A DNA stretch of 63,237 bases, counting the filler, from Dugesia japonica (lineage: Eukaryota), in assembly GCA_001938525.1 (NCBI GenBank). It is 6 parts of 6 records of this genome, joined end to end, with 100 filler letters (N's around TTAATTAATTAA, not from the genome) between each part and the next. Parts side by side here need not be neighbours in the genome. Positions count along the whole stretch, not along the records: positions 25,115 to 34,793 come from MQRL01561321.1; positions 34,894 to 43,599 come from MQRL01539412.1; 4 more parts are not named here. One strand, given 5' to 3'. Positions 25,446 through 37,370 of the stretch are shown here, piece by piece. The stretch's first letter is position 1; the number at the start of each line of letters is the position of its first letter. The position numbers were made by a program, and so were the translations under genes. Under the pieces are notes generated by a model. It saw only the letters and a program-made list of their open reading frames with translations. It was not told where the DNA came from and did not search any database.

Positions 25446-26237
25446 TAATACTTTTAATGATAATTTATTATTTAAAATTAATAGTATAAGACAATTTGAA
25501 AAAGCATATAATTTTAAAATAAGGTTTTGGTTATCACCTAATTTTCCTTTTGGTTTAGATAATATAAATGATAATCTCAATTATGAAGATTTAAGTGGTA
25601 ATGGATTAACTATAAAAGATAAACCTGATTTAAGATTAAAAAATAAACCAGATGGAAAACCTTCTTTTGTTAGTCGTAATAAATGTTTTTATTTAAATAA
25701 AGGTGATCAGTTTATTTCTAATTATGAATTTAAAAAAGACTTTGTTTTTATTATTCTTTTTAATAGAGAAAGTTATTTTGATTCAGAAGGTGTGTTTATT
25801 AGAAGTCATAACGAGAGTAAAACAATAAGTCAAATCGGAACAGCACCAAATAACATCTTAAAATATCCAAATATATTAGGTGAATATGAAGATTATAGAA
25901 ATTATATATACTTGGATTATAAAAAGTTATATAAAGATAAAAAAGATAATTTAACTTTCTTTAATACTCCTAAAGCTCGCCCCAATTTATTATATATAGA
26001 AAAGAATGGAAATAGAATTGTTCTTAATCAAAATAATCATCAAAATCAACAGACTTTGACTATAAATAAAAATTTTGAATTTGGTAAATTAGTTATAGGA
26101 GATAAAAATACGAGTGGATTTATTTATGAGTGATTATGTAATGAAACTAGTGGTGGTGATAGTGAAAAAAATAATGCTAATATATTTCAAAAATTTATTT
26201 TCAGTTATAGTACAGAAGCAAGAGTAACTCGCGATGC

Positions 26238-26270
<33 letters not shown>

Positions 26271-26310
26271 AACAAGTGAAACAGTTATAAAAACAAAATA
26301 TTATAATTAA
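25446..26310 (+). pseudogene. Intronless virus-like ORF (5'-truncated), possible LamG/ConA-like beta-sandwich
   Basis: About 230 open codons, continuing past a TGA at 26131 to 26310; FWLSP...EDLSGNG resembles the W..DxSGNG start of LamG-like domains; abuts the next ATG at 26313. Confidence 0.45.
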
Positions 26311-26312
26311 AA

Positions 26313-26575
26313 ATGGAGAAAGATTATGATCCTATTTATCCTGATATAAATGAAATAGATAAAGATTTAGATCAGCCAGTAAGAACACCATCTTTAGCTG
26401 ATTATAAATTGAAACTTAAAACATTAAGAATTAAAGATTTTGAAAATGATTTATTATTCTTAACTGATAAAATAAATCATTATAATAAATTATATAGAAG
26501 ATGAAAAAGGTTTGATACAAGTGTAAGATATACTAATATTTTAATAGGAAGTTTATTTGGTGCTTACTTTGTGGT
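26313..26575 (+). pseudogene. Polinton/adintovirus-type small membrane protein (GasderminX-like) remnant
   Basis: IYPDI...LRIKDFENDLLFLTDKINHYNKLYRR*KRFDTSVRYTNILIGSLFG recalls the IYPxL..RL..I..L..E....LYKKYKR plus hydrophobic-segment pattern. Confidence 0.45.
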
Positions 26576-26649
26576 TAACTGTTAGATGAATGCAATTTTT
26601 ATCATTCGCTAATTTAGAATGAGTTTTCCATTCATTACTCATTATGATA

Positions 26650-26830
26650 GACTAAATTACTATTTATTGACAAAAATAGTGGTGCCAATACACAATGAAT
26701 AGAGAAGATTTGGGGAAAACTGAAAATTAAAATTGTCGGAATGAAGGGAATCTAGGGTACGGTTCTAGAGTCCTACCTAAACGAATGGGTGTGGAGACAA
26801 AATATTCAAATGAAAAGTCCTCATGCAATT
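26650..26830 (+). mobile_element. Merlin/IS1595-like transposase C-terminal remnant
   Basis: FIDKNSGANTQ*IEKIWGKLK...G...LESYLNEWVWRQN. Confidence 0.75.
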
Positions 26831-27109
26831 TTTTGTTTAATAAATTTATAGATTTTCTATCGTGTTTGTAGTTTTTTAATTTAAATTTTCATCATATTTT
26901 TAATTTGATCAATCCAATACATCATGTTTTTATTTCGAACAATCCATAATATCATGTTTTTAATTTAAACAACTTTGTCAAAAAAAGATGATCCAAATGT
27001 ATTCTTTATTTACAAAAAAATAATTTTGTTCCATGTGTAATTTTTATATAGATTATTTTGAGTGTATGTTATAATATGACATTCACATTAATTTTCAAGT
27101 ACTTTAAAC

Positions 27110-27255
27110 TTTAGTAATTACAATTATTGTGAGAATAATTGTTGGACTTAACCATTGATCGGATTTGAGATTTCATATAATTTTGTCGAAAATTTGAACT
27201 TTTTTACAAATAAATTTTGTTTTGATCGAAGCCTTATCTTATTTTAATGAAATTT
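27110..27255. repeat. Degenerate copy of the palindromic Penelope-like repeat
   Basis: Reverse copy of ccaacaattattctcgcaataattg followed by forward tttgatcgaagc.ttat; shared with 35440, 42985, 45965 and 62890. Confidence 0.6.
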
Positions 27256-27299
27256 TAAACTTTAGATTTACATATTTTTAAAACTTTATTGTTGTTACT

Positions 27300-27687
27300 T
27301 TCGCTTCAAATTAGTTCTTTGAGGTAGGTAGAACACAATATTGAAACTTTATCGACCAATGTTTCTTGAATAATGAATGACTCTTGAAACCAACGTTCAC
27401 AAATTTCATTAGATAATTTCTCAACTTCTTTTGTTTTTTCCAACCACAATTCTTTAGCATCGTGTCGCATTAGCATATAAAATTTAAACGATAATTACAT
27501 CTGATTGAACGACGCGAATTCTTTTGTTGTTTGAAGCCACTCTTTAGCTGTATCTGATGATCCATCAAAGAAACTCGGCTTTGGAATTAGAAATTTCAAA
27601 AAAAATTTTATCTTTCATCTTTTTCTTTATTTGCCACCGTGTACACTATAACGCGGTCGCCAGTTAGAACACAAGATTATTCCATAA
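27300..27687 (-). mobile_element. Gypsy gag remnant
   Basis: LIPKPSFFDGSSDTAKEWLQTTKEF..DAKELW..CERWFQESF; homologous to gag at 47670 and 60225. Confidence 0.75.
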
Positions 27688-28789
27688 TGTTTATTTATTA
27701 AAATTCAAATTATAATTATAAAACTGATAATATTTAAACAAAGTTTATATATCAATTTATAACTGATATCTAGTTGAGGTTAACGTTTATTATTGTTTAT
27801 TTTAATTAGAGAATTTAATTAGTTATTGGACTATGCATTAACTTTAAGTATATTAATTTTTTTATCAATGAATGGAAAATTTAGAAAAATTGGTGCCAAT
27901 ATTTTTCGTAAAAAATTTTAATAAATAATTATTAAATCTATATTGTATTAAATTTAAATTAATTATTCAATATTTATTTTAATTTAATATAATAAAAATA
28001 TTATAAATATGTTTTAAATCACGGACCTTCAACCTAAGCAATATCGCTCACTAGTGTGCGTTTGAAAATATTAAGTGAGCAGTGTGTGGGCGCTCTATGC
28101 ATGTGTGGGCATTAGCATTTGGACAATTTATCTGCGCCCCAAGCCCGGCTGTAACTAGTAACTAGCATATGTACTTGCATAAAAGCACTCACTCACATAA
28201 AAAAGCATCATTCACCAAATCCAACTACTAACCAACATAGCTGCGTTGTCCTAGTATATGTAGCGAGCTTTAAATAGCATTTGCTACATATATATGCTTA
28301 CGCACTTGTAAAAGTTCTATTACTAATAATTCAGCTAACACATACTCACAGCAATTTAAGGCAACTTACAGTACAGAGTTCTAGAGTAGTCATTCGCTTA
28401 CTCATTTTACAATGTATAGATAGTGCAACTCCTTTTTTAAAGTTTGCAGTTTTCTTTTGCTTTTATCATTAATACGTGAAATACGTATTAACAGCACACT
28501 GCGGGTAGAAATAGTGCTTGCTTGTTGACTTAAATACTTTACAAATAGATTAATTTGCATTTAATTATCCTCGATATTGAAAAAAGACATGCCATTAAAG
28601 AAGAAGCGTTGCCGGCAGTATTCGTAGTATGGACTTGTTAAAGCTCTTAATTATAAAGCCATCAGCCATGTAATTTGAGCGATAAACTATATTGTAAACT
28701 TTTTAATCAAGACAAACAGTGCTGCGATAGGATTAATTTAACGTTACCTAAATAAACCGTTAAGAAAGTTTCAATTAAAAGTGAGGATA

Positions 28790-30252
28790 CGTTTAATTAA
28801 TTTTCATTTTTCAGGGAGGAGCCTTTGGGATCACTATAATCATCGTTACCTTTATAAAATCTGGATTATTTCTGTTAACCCAATTTTTTAATCCGCGATT
28901 TCCATCCCCTCGTCTGTTTGTGTAACTAAGTTTAATAAATATTCTTTTAGTGAATTCAAGCTCAAACATGACGACCAGCTGGAAATTGTACAAGCTTGAT
29001 GATGGTACCAAAAGAGACAAACCGGTCACCAACCTGTTGAATGTCTGCATAGGCATTTTGGTAGACAATTCGAATATGCCCTTCAAAGAACATGCGGCTA
29101 AATGTCATCAGACCAACTGGGAGAGATCCATGGCCCAAAATTGGCGCTCAGGATACGTGAAGTTTACGGATCCTCACAGTCCCCACAAGCTTGGTTTAGC
29201 GCGGTTTACGAGCCTAATCCCTCGAACAAGCGGTATACCTATTGACTAAACGCGACAAATACAAGTGTTTGATTAATAAATGTTCGTTCATTTATTTATT
29301 CTTATTCTCGATTTCCTTTTGTTCACGTTTCCATTTAATGAGAAAGCGAAAAACCAAAACTACAAAAGTGGTGTCGGGAATAACGAGTTGAGGCCGAACT
29401 TTCCCATTTGCAGGAGAGAGTTTGGAAGGCTCAACTAGAGTCATTTGCAGAAACGCCCAGTTGGCTTCTTGAAAGAGAAAATAAGCTGGTCAATAATGTA
29501 ATGACACTACGCAAACGAATCCCACTCGAGCCGTTGTTAATCGATAAGGCCACCCAAACTCATAACTAACCTTACTCTGTGTTTTATGTGAATATATTTT
29601 CTCTTTGCTAAAACTTAAATTATTGAGTTTATTAAAAGTCTAACTGTTTTATTATCTTTTCTAACTATCGTTTAATTTAGTGCCTCGTATTCAATGCCTA
29701 AGAAGTTTGAAACGCTACCACAAGTTGTCGCGCAGTCTGCATTATGCCAAAAAATTTAAATATACACTTTTCCAAACACACTCAAAACAAATCGACTCAT
29801 CAAAAAGATAGAGACGGTGTCCAAGAAACAACTGGACATCGAAAACCAAATTGCCAACAGGTTTTTCAATAAGGTAAACTTTTTGACACAGTATACCGCC
29901 GATTTAACGGCGCAACAAAGTATTGCAACCTTAGAACCTTGAAATATTGACGACGACGATGCCGAGTTGAACTTTTTTGATGACAGGCCAGCAAACTGGG
30001 AATAAGTTTAATATTGTATATCTTATAAATAAATCCTGGTTAGCATTATACCGTTTAGTCTTCTCTATTATATTAAAAGGGGAATAACGAACCCAAGCCA
30101 AAGGGGTGCGAGTCTGTACTCTAACTACGGGTTGACAGTCAACGGCTCCATTCCGAAAGCCTAATTAAGGGAAATTATGTAAATTCTTCGCGGAGTTCCA
30201 CTGAGGACTGATTCCCAAGTCACAATTTTCTAGCATCCAACTGACCCCAACA
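28790..30252 (+). mobile_element. Partial copy of the multi-ORF element (5'-truncated; acceptor-led ORFs, genes B and A, terminus)
   Basis: ttttag|tg acceptor at 28950 and atttag|tg at 29680; gene B ends DKATQTHN*; gene A starts PRIQ; the copy ends gaccccaaca at 30252. Confidence 0.85.
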
Positions 30253-30376
30253 TTATAATTGCAGAAATAACTTTGTAAACAAAACAGTAGCAGTGTATTG
30301 TTGGTTTGTTTATTACGTTTTCACGTAAAAACTAAGCAGCAAATCTCCTGATCTTGTGCGCAGATAAAGTTGGAGA

Positions 30377-30500
30377 TCTAGCTAGCTAAAGAGTTGACAC
30401 GGGCTTCAATTTACCGCGGAAAAATACTTTTTTTACCAAATAAAACCTTATACGCAGAGAAAATGAAACGTACGCGGGCTGAACTGTGGCAACTGCTAGT
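30377..30500 (+). mobile_element. Short non-autonomous Helitron-like element
   Basis: 5' TC start, subterminal GC-rich motif cgcgggctgaactgtggc and 3' CTAG(T) end. Confidence 0.5.
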
Positions 30501-31379
30501 TTATAATAATTCTTAAACCGTTTCATATATCAGAAAATAAACTAAATAACTTAAATTTTAATAAAATGTTTACTTCATAGGTACTTTTAAAAATTATGCA
30601 GATAGATATATGTCTTTATATTATAAGGTGGTATAATGTAAGTCTTACTTAAATTGTAAGTAAATAGGTACTATCAGTATATGTTGATTATTCCATTTAT
30701 GGAATGCCAAAATTAAATCCTGACCTGCTTATATGAGATTCACTATCGTTGACCCCCATTTTTTTCTCTGGCATGGACCCCTTGCAGGCTGTCATTGACC
30801 ACTTTGGAAATCACTAATTTAATTAAATAAAAGTTATAACAATTTTTTAAAAATTTAGAAAAAGTTTTCACTTTTTTACAAAACTTTAATAAAAATTGTT
30901 ACTTTTTAATAAATATTTAATTGAAATTACTTAAAATTTACTTGTTATTTAAAAATTAAATGGTAACTATGTAAGTAATACAAACAATACACCGTAACTC
31001 TGTAAATATTACAAATTTCGCACTGTTACTATGTAAATAATACAAATAATACATTATTACTATATAAATGAAATGATAATTAACTTTAACGTAATTTTAA
31101 TTAAAAAATTTAAATATATTGATTAGGATACCCCAGATAATAACTACAATCCTAAGGTAATACGATTTCAAAATTACTTATTATTTTATTATTTTTTTAA
31201 TTTCATATTACCATAATTACATTTATGATAATACGAAATTAAAATTTGTAATATGAAATTAAACAATCAATAAATATATTGATTGTTTAATTTCATATTT
31301 CCATAATTGTATTAAAATCGAGAAAATTATAAATTGGGAGTTTATTATATTTTTATATGTTTAATGTTAATTGAATTGA

Positions 31380-32961
31380 AATGTAGGTATATCTATTATA
31401 TAGTCTATGATGTTAAAAGGTTCCATTTTTATATGGTCTGTGTTGATTGAAGGTTTCATTATTAAATGTTCTATGATGTTTAAATGTTTCATTTATATTG
31501 TCAAAGTTGGTTAAAATGCGTCAAAGATGAGTATTATGTGGTGAATGATAGCTAAAGAATATAAAATATGACATGTATTGAATAAGTAACAGTTGCAATG
31601 GAATTTCTTACCATTTGTGTCTTGCTAATTATTGGCGATGATGACTGATTGTTTTTAAACAACTGTAGCAGTGTTCGATGTGTGACTGGGTGTGAATGGT
31701 TAGAATAACTGCTAATAGAAATACACATGTTGAATCACGCTTAGCGTGGTTAAAACTATGCAAGCTGTTTGATAAGTTCAATTGTGAACGGTTTCGAGCC
31801 TCTAATGGCTTAGGATTCGAGACAGAACTTGAACGGTGAGAATAATAGCTGCACTGTACATCTTTGGAGGATGCAATATGGTGGTACGTAAAGAAAACAA
31901 GACTATTACTGAAACAATGCATGAAAATAATTAATAATTTATTAGTAATTAATAACTTATAAAAAATTTAATTAATGACTTATTTCTTAGGCTCTACTCT
32001 TTAAAATTTCTATAATTTAAATATCTTTGAGCATATAGACTGTTCTGAGCATAGATATATAAACAATGCTGATCATATTAGACTGGTAGAACAATAAATA
32101 TTTGCACACAACTCACTTTTGCAACACAAAACCTGCATGGATGCAACACACAAACACGCCTCTCGGAACTTTACACTGCCTGAACAAAAAGACTAGACTG
32201 CTTGAACAAAATTCTACAAAAAACTCCCCCATCTTTTACAAACAATAATTTTTAAAAATTCACATACACACATTCCGGAAAATTACAACCTATACTTTTT
32301 CCCATTCTTTTTTCTACACTAGAAAAATAATCCTCATCCCATAAAAGTTTTTTTCATCAACACAAACTATTTACAAACCCTTAACATTCAATCTTAAAAA
32401 TTTAATAAGGCAAAAAGTCAACCAAAACACAGCACCATAAACCAACTCTCCAAAATTTATATAGTTATAATAATAATCATCATTAAACCCAAATTCCCTC
32501 AAATCCAACCAAATCCTTTTTAATCCAAGTACACCGTAAATAATCACCATGGTGTAATGCTGACCAAAGTCTGTAACCCTCAGTAGCATTTTAGCCGATT
32601 GTTACCTTTGGCAACCTATAGACCGATTTCGAATGCCCGGTCAAATACATAATCGAAATCAATAACCCACACACACAACCTGTCGCAAATTGCATATTTT
32701 CAATATACACTTACACACACCAGAACCAAAAAAGTGCATCCAAATGTACACTTGCACTTTAAAAATTCTTTTTTTAAAAAAATTAATTAATTAAAACAAA
32801 AAAATAAAAATTTTCTGAATTTGATCCTATCAAAACGTTTTAATCAATAAATCACATCAGAAATCAATCCGATCGGGAATCAATATATCGATCAACAAGG
32901 GGGAGGAGGGTTTGAACTGACCAATCAGACTAGTGATGTCATGCTGACCTATCTACCTACT
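31380..32961. mobile_element. Polinton-like terminal region (short repeats, shared block, AGTAG terminus)
   Basis: Ends acctatctacctact (AGTAGGTAGATAGG on minus); 31380-31990 is homologous to 37370-37920. Confidence 0.5.
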
Positions 32962-33467
32962 TTTAGTTGATATTTAAAGTCTTTAATATTATTGTTGCAA
33001 CTTTTATGCAACTATAACAAATCAAATACAATTATAACAAGGACAATAAAAAAAAATGTTCAAAAATTAGATTGAAGTCTAGAAAAAAATATAATACATT
33101 ACATAAAAGTCAATAAAAATATTTGAAGTTACTAGAAGTTGAAAAAAGGTTTTAAAAATTTTTCATAAATTTTCTGGATGTCAATAAAGTTTTTAGAGTT
33201 TCATATAAAAAGCGAATAAGTTTTCATTTAGAAACATATTCTGGTAACTTATTCGATTTATGAGTTCAAACTCATCCAAAATCCAACAAAGTGTGTGTGT
33301 TTTACCTTTTCAATGATGTTAGTTGTTTGAATATTTAAATTACCATATAATTGCTACTTACATGTATACTATAACAAAGAAAATACAAGTTAACATTGGA
33401 AATGCAACAGAGATGCAATAGAATTGCCAGTTAAACAAAGAAATTAGCAATGAAGATTTATTAAAAT

Positions 33468-34793
33468 AAAGGATAAATCAGTACAAAGGATAAATTAATG
33501 CAAAGGATAAATCAGTACAAAAGATAAATCGTTACAAAGGATAAATCAAAACAAAGGATAAATCGGTACAAAGGATAAATTAGTACAAAGGATAAATCAG
33601 TACAAAGAATAAATTAGTACAAAGGATAAATTAGTGCAAAGGATAAATCGTTACAAAAGATAAATCAATACAAAGGATAAATCGGTAAAAAGGATAAATT
33701 AGTACAAAGGATAAACCAGTACAAAGGATATATCGGTAGAAAGGATAAATCAGTACAAAGGATAAATAAGTACAAAGGATAAATCAGTACAAAGGATAAA
33801 TTAGTGCAAAGGATAAATCGTTACAAAGGATAAATCAATACAAAGGATAAATCGGTACAAAAGATAAATTAGTACAAAGGATAAATCGGTACAAAGGAAA
33901 AATCGGTACAAAAGATAAATCAGTACAAAGGATAAATTAGTGCAAAGGATAAATTAGTGCAAAGGATAAATCGTTACAAAGGATAAATCAATACAAAGGA
34001 CAAATCGGTACAAAGGATAAATAAGTACAAAGGATAAATCAGTACAAAGGATAAATTAGTGCAAAGGATAAATCGTTACAAAGAATAAATCAATACAAAG
34101 GATAAATCGGTACAAAGGATAAATTAGTAAAAAGGATAAATCGGTACAAAGGATAAATCGGTACAAAGGATAAATCAGTACAAAGGATAAATTAGTGCAA
34201 AGGATAAACCAGTATAAAGGATAAATCGGTACAAAGGATAAATCAGTACAAAGGATAAATTAGTTCAAAGGATAAATCAGTACAAAGGATAAATTAATGC
34301 AAAGGATAAATCAGTACAAAGGATAAATAAGTGCAGAGGGTAAATCAGTACAAAGGATAAATTATTGCAAAGGATAAATTAATGCAAAGGATAAATTAAT
34401 GCAGAGGATAAATTAGTGCAAAGGATAAATAAGTGCAAAGGATAAATTAGTGCAAAAGATAAATAAATGCAGAGAATAAATTAGTGCAAAAGATAAATCA
34501 GTAAAAAGGATAAATCAGTACAAAGGATAAATCAGTACAAAGGATAAATTAATGCAAAAGATAAATTAATGCAGAGGATAAATTAATGCAGAAGATAAAT
34601 TAATGCAAAGGATAAATTTATGCAGAGGATAAATTAGTGCAAAGTATAAATAAGTGCAAAGGATAAATTAGTGCAAAAGATAAATAAATGCAGAAGATAA
34701 ATTAATGCAAAGGATAATATAGTGCAAAGGATAAATCAGTAGAAAGGATAAATTAATGCAAAGGATAAATTAGTGCAAAGGATAAATTAGTGC
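33468..34793. repeat. 17-bp minisatellite (AAAGGATAAAT + variable hexamer), about 78 units, truncated by the contig end
   Basis: Direct reading of tandem units: aaaggataaat followed by cagtac, tagtgc, cgttac, caatac, cggtac or taatgc. Confidence 0.97.
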
Positions 34794-34893
34794 NNNNNNN
34801 NNNNNNNNNNNNNNNNNNNNNNNNNNNNNNNNNNNNNTTAATTAATTAANNNNNNNNNNNNNNNNNNNNNNNNNNNNNNNNNNNNNNNNNNNN
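34794..34893. other. Artificial contig linker
   Basis: N-TTAATTAATTAA-N spacer. Confidence 0.97.
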
Positions 34894-35435
34894 AAACACT
34901 AGGAACAATCTACATTTCTACACTACATAGAAAAAAACATGAAGAAATACTAATTAAAGATAACAATGCTAAAATAAATATAATTTACAATAATTAAATT
35001 AAATAATTAATTATAAAATAAGAATTAAAATTAACAATTAAAAATTTAATAAAAATGAATTAATTCAAAAATTATTACTATTATAAACATAAATCTTGAA
35101 TAAATTAAAAAATTCATTCCTGACGAAAACAAGGTCGAAATATCGAATAAATCAAAAAAAAACAATAATTAAAAAAACATTTTTTATTTTTAGTAGGTAG
35201 ATACGTAAGCACTGGAACACTTGCACTTGTCTGGTTGGGGGGGGGGTTCTTAAAATATATTTTTGTTCTTCAAATTTTTTGTTCTTCAAATGAATTATAA
35301 AAAAATGATCAANNNNNNNNNNNNNNNNNNNNNNNNNNNNNNNNNNNNNNNNNNNNNNNNNNAATTTAATAAAAATAAATTAATTCAAAAATTATTACTA
35401 TTATAAACATAAATCTTGAATAAATTAAAAAATTC

Positions 35436-35468
35436 ATTCCTGATGAAAACAAGGTCGAAATATCGAAT
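35436..35468 (+). ncRNA. Minimal type-I hammerhead ribozyme motif (Penelope-like); duplicate at 35116-35148
   Basis: attc-CTGATGA-a-aac-aag-gtc-GAAA-ta-TC-gaat: stem I attc/gaat, intact core, ATAT palindrome in place of stem III; one stem II mismatch. Confidence 0.65.
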
Positions 35469-36369
35469 CAATCTCAAAAAAACAATAATTAAAAAAACAT
35501 TTTTTATTTTTAGTAGGAAGACACGTAAGCACTGGAATACTTGCACTTGTCTGGTTGGGGGGGGTTCTTAAAATATATTTTTGTTCTTCAAATTTTTTGT
35601 TCTTCAAATGAATTATAAAAAAATGATCAATAGTCCAACAATTATTCTCGCAATAATTGCAATTGTAAAACAACCACTTCTATTAAAATATTTAATTTAA
35701 TCTTTAACTACACTTATTTTTTTTTTTTACCAAAACTTTAATTTAATTTACTTTAATTTCTTGATTAATTTATGACATAAATTTTTAAATAAAAGATTAA
35801 AAAAAAATAATTTCCAATCAAAGCACAAAAATGTCAATCCGCTTCAAAACACACTCACAATGTTCACTCTGCAAAATTTCAATTTTTAAGCTCTAGTTTC
35901 AAAATTAAAAATTTTAAGCATCACGCACAAACAAAGAAACAAACAAAAACCACAGGGTTTTTAATATATATCAATTGTAAGTTAATTTAAATTAAATATG
36001 TCAAACACTTTATTCTCATTCAGAGTATTGGGATATTTTCTTACTAGGAAGACACCAAATGCACACATCAAAGAGATCTCGCCAAATCGTACTCAGCATA
36101 ACGGGTGACACCCACATACACAGACATATAAGGTTGATTTTACATTATAGAAATGGAAATTATTTGCATTAATAACATTCGATTTAGTAGTGCGTTATTT
36201 AATTGTTTTTTTAACGTTATTTAACGTTATTTAATTGTTTTATTTAAATTATACATCTCAATTTAATTAAATTAATTCATTTTTAATTTACGAAACGGAT
36301 TTAATAAAATGCGATTAACACTTAGAATAACATATTTTTATAATGACATTTTGTGTATTGATTACATTG

Positions 36370-36610
36370 TCACTTACTGAACTATGAGAGATTCGATCGG
36401 ATTGCGGCAGTGTTTGAAGCTCGGGAAATGAAAGATTTCGCAAAACAGTTAATAATAACAAAACTAATGGACAAATTGAACAACTGTTCCGGGCGATGTG
36501 AGATTTTATGAATGCTACTATGCAAAAGAGAGGAACATCGGATTGGGCGGAATTATTACCAGAAATTAAGTGTGCAATAAATGCAACCAAACAAAAAATA
36601 GAGCAAATGA
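36370..36610 (+). mobile_element. Gypsy integrase core fragment
   Basis: IRSDCG..., KTNGQIEQLFRAM*DFMNAT..DWAELLPEIKCAINATKQ. Confidence 0.75.
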
Positions 36611-36739
36611 GCTCGACAAAAAGGGATTTTGATTGCNNNNNNNNNNNNNNNNAATAATGACAGAAATAAGGAAATCGAACGAGGTTCCAACGGAAAGCCT
36701 AGTGTGTCATATTTAAACAAATTATTTACCGGTGTTTTC

Positions 36740-37370
36740 TAATAATCCTTAAAAATTAAATTCTTATCCGATGGCATCGTATACATGGTGATACTGTCTG
36801 AATTATTTCACAAATTGGTTCATGCTTTTCATATGCTACTTCATTTTTAAATCCATTGAGACAGTTAGGACACCATGTTGATTGAATACGAACGTCTTCT
36901 TTTTTATCATCTCTGTTCATTAGTATATTTAGGTTCATTATTGCGGTGTAATGAAATTTGTTGTTATTTTCTAGTAATAACAGATAGGTTTTCTCTTCAT
37001 CTATCACTTTTGAACGGTGTATCAAATCCAAATTCGGATGTTTCATTACTACTTCGTCTTCTTCATCCTCCCCTGATTGTTGGTTCCATGATAGAACATT
37101 GGTGGATTGTCCTGGATTATTCCTCTCAAGCTTTGGTATATCAATCAGTTTCATCAGAATATTCTCTTCATNNNNNNNNNNNNNNNNNNNNNNNNNNNNN
37201 NNNNNNNNNNNNNNNNNNNNNNNNNNNNNNNNNNNNNNNNNNNNNNNNNNNNNNNNNNNNATACTGTAAATAAAACATCATCGTTCTTGATGTTTAAAAT
37301 AGCTTTTTTCTTTTCTAGATCTTTTCGTGTTGGAATATAACGTTTTCCCGAAAGTCGACAAATATTTGCA
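36740..37370 (-). mobile_element. Polinton protein-primed DNA polymerase B N-terminal fragment
   Basis: YIPT.KDLEKKKAILNIKNDD, MKLIDIPKLERNNP..S.NV, LLLENNNKFHYTAIMNL and WCPNCLNGF..E..YEKHE..C. Confidence 0.85.

Larger units (their letters stand above)
28589..30815 (+). mobile_element. Deleted hAT (Charlie-like) element, host of nested insertions
   Basis: MPLKKKRCRQYS N-terminus at about 28589; the terminus at 30815 reads tagtgatttccaaagtgg on the minus strand (Charlie-type CAGTG.TTCCCAAA). Left end not located. Confidence 0.45.

Noticed and set aside
26131-26504. TGA read as Trp (alternative genetic code) in two adjacent ORFs
   Set aside because: TGG is used in the same ORF, and stop-creating decay is common in all dead elements here; host genes end in TGA normally.
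27650-27665. TGGCGACC as an LTR primer-binding site
   Set aside because: It lies inside the gag frame (LTGD, aligning with FTGN and LTND in the other copies) and does not follow an LTR end.
33468-34793. CRISPR-like array (constant part plus variable part)
   Set aside because: The variable part is only 6 nt and recurrent, not a unique spacer; eukaryotic context and no cas genes.
35040-35312. Tandem dimer of the hammerhead repeat
   Set aside because: Near-identical copies flank an N gap, so this is probably haplotype or assembly duplication; a true dimer is not excluded without long reads.
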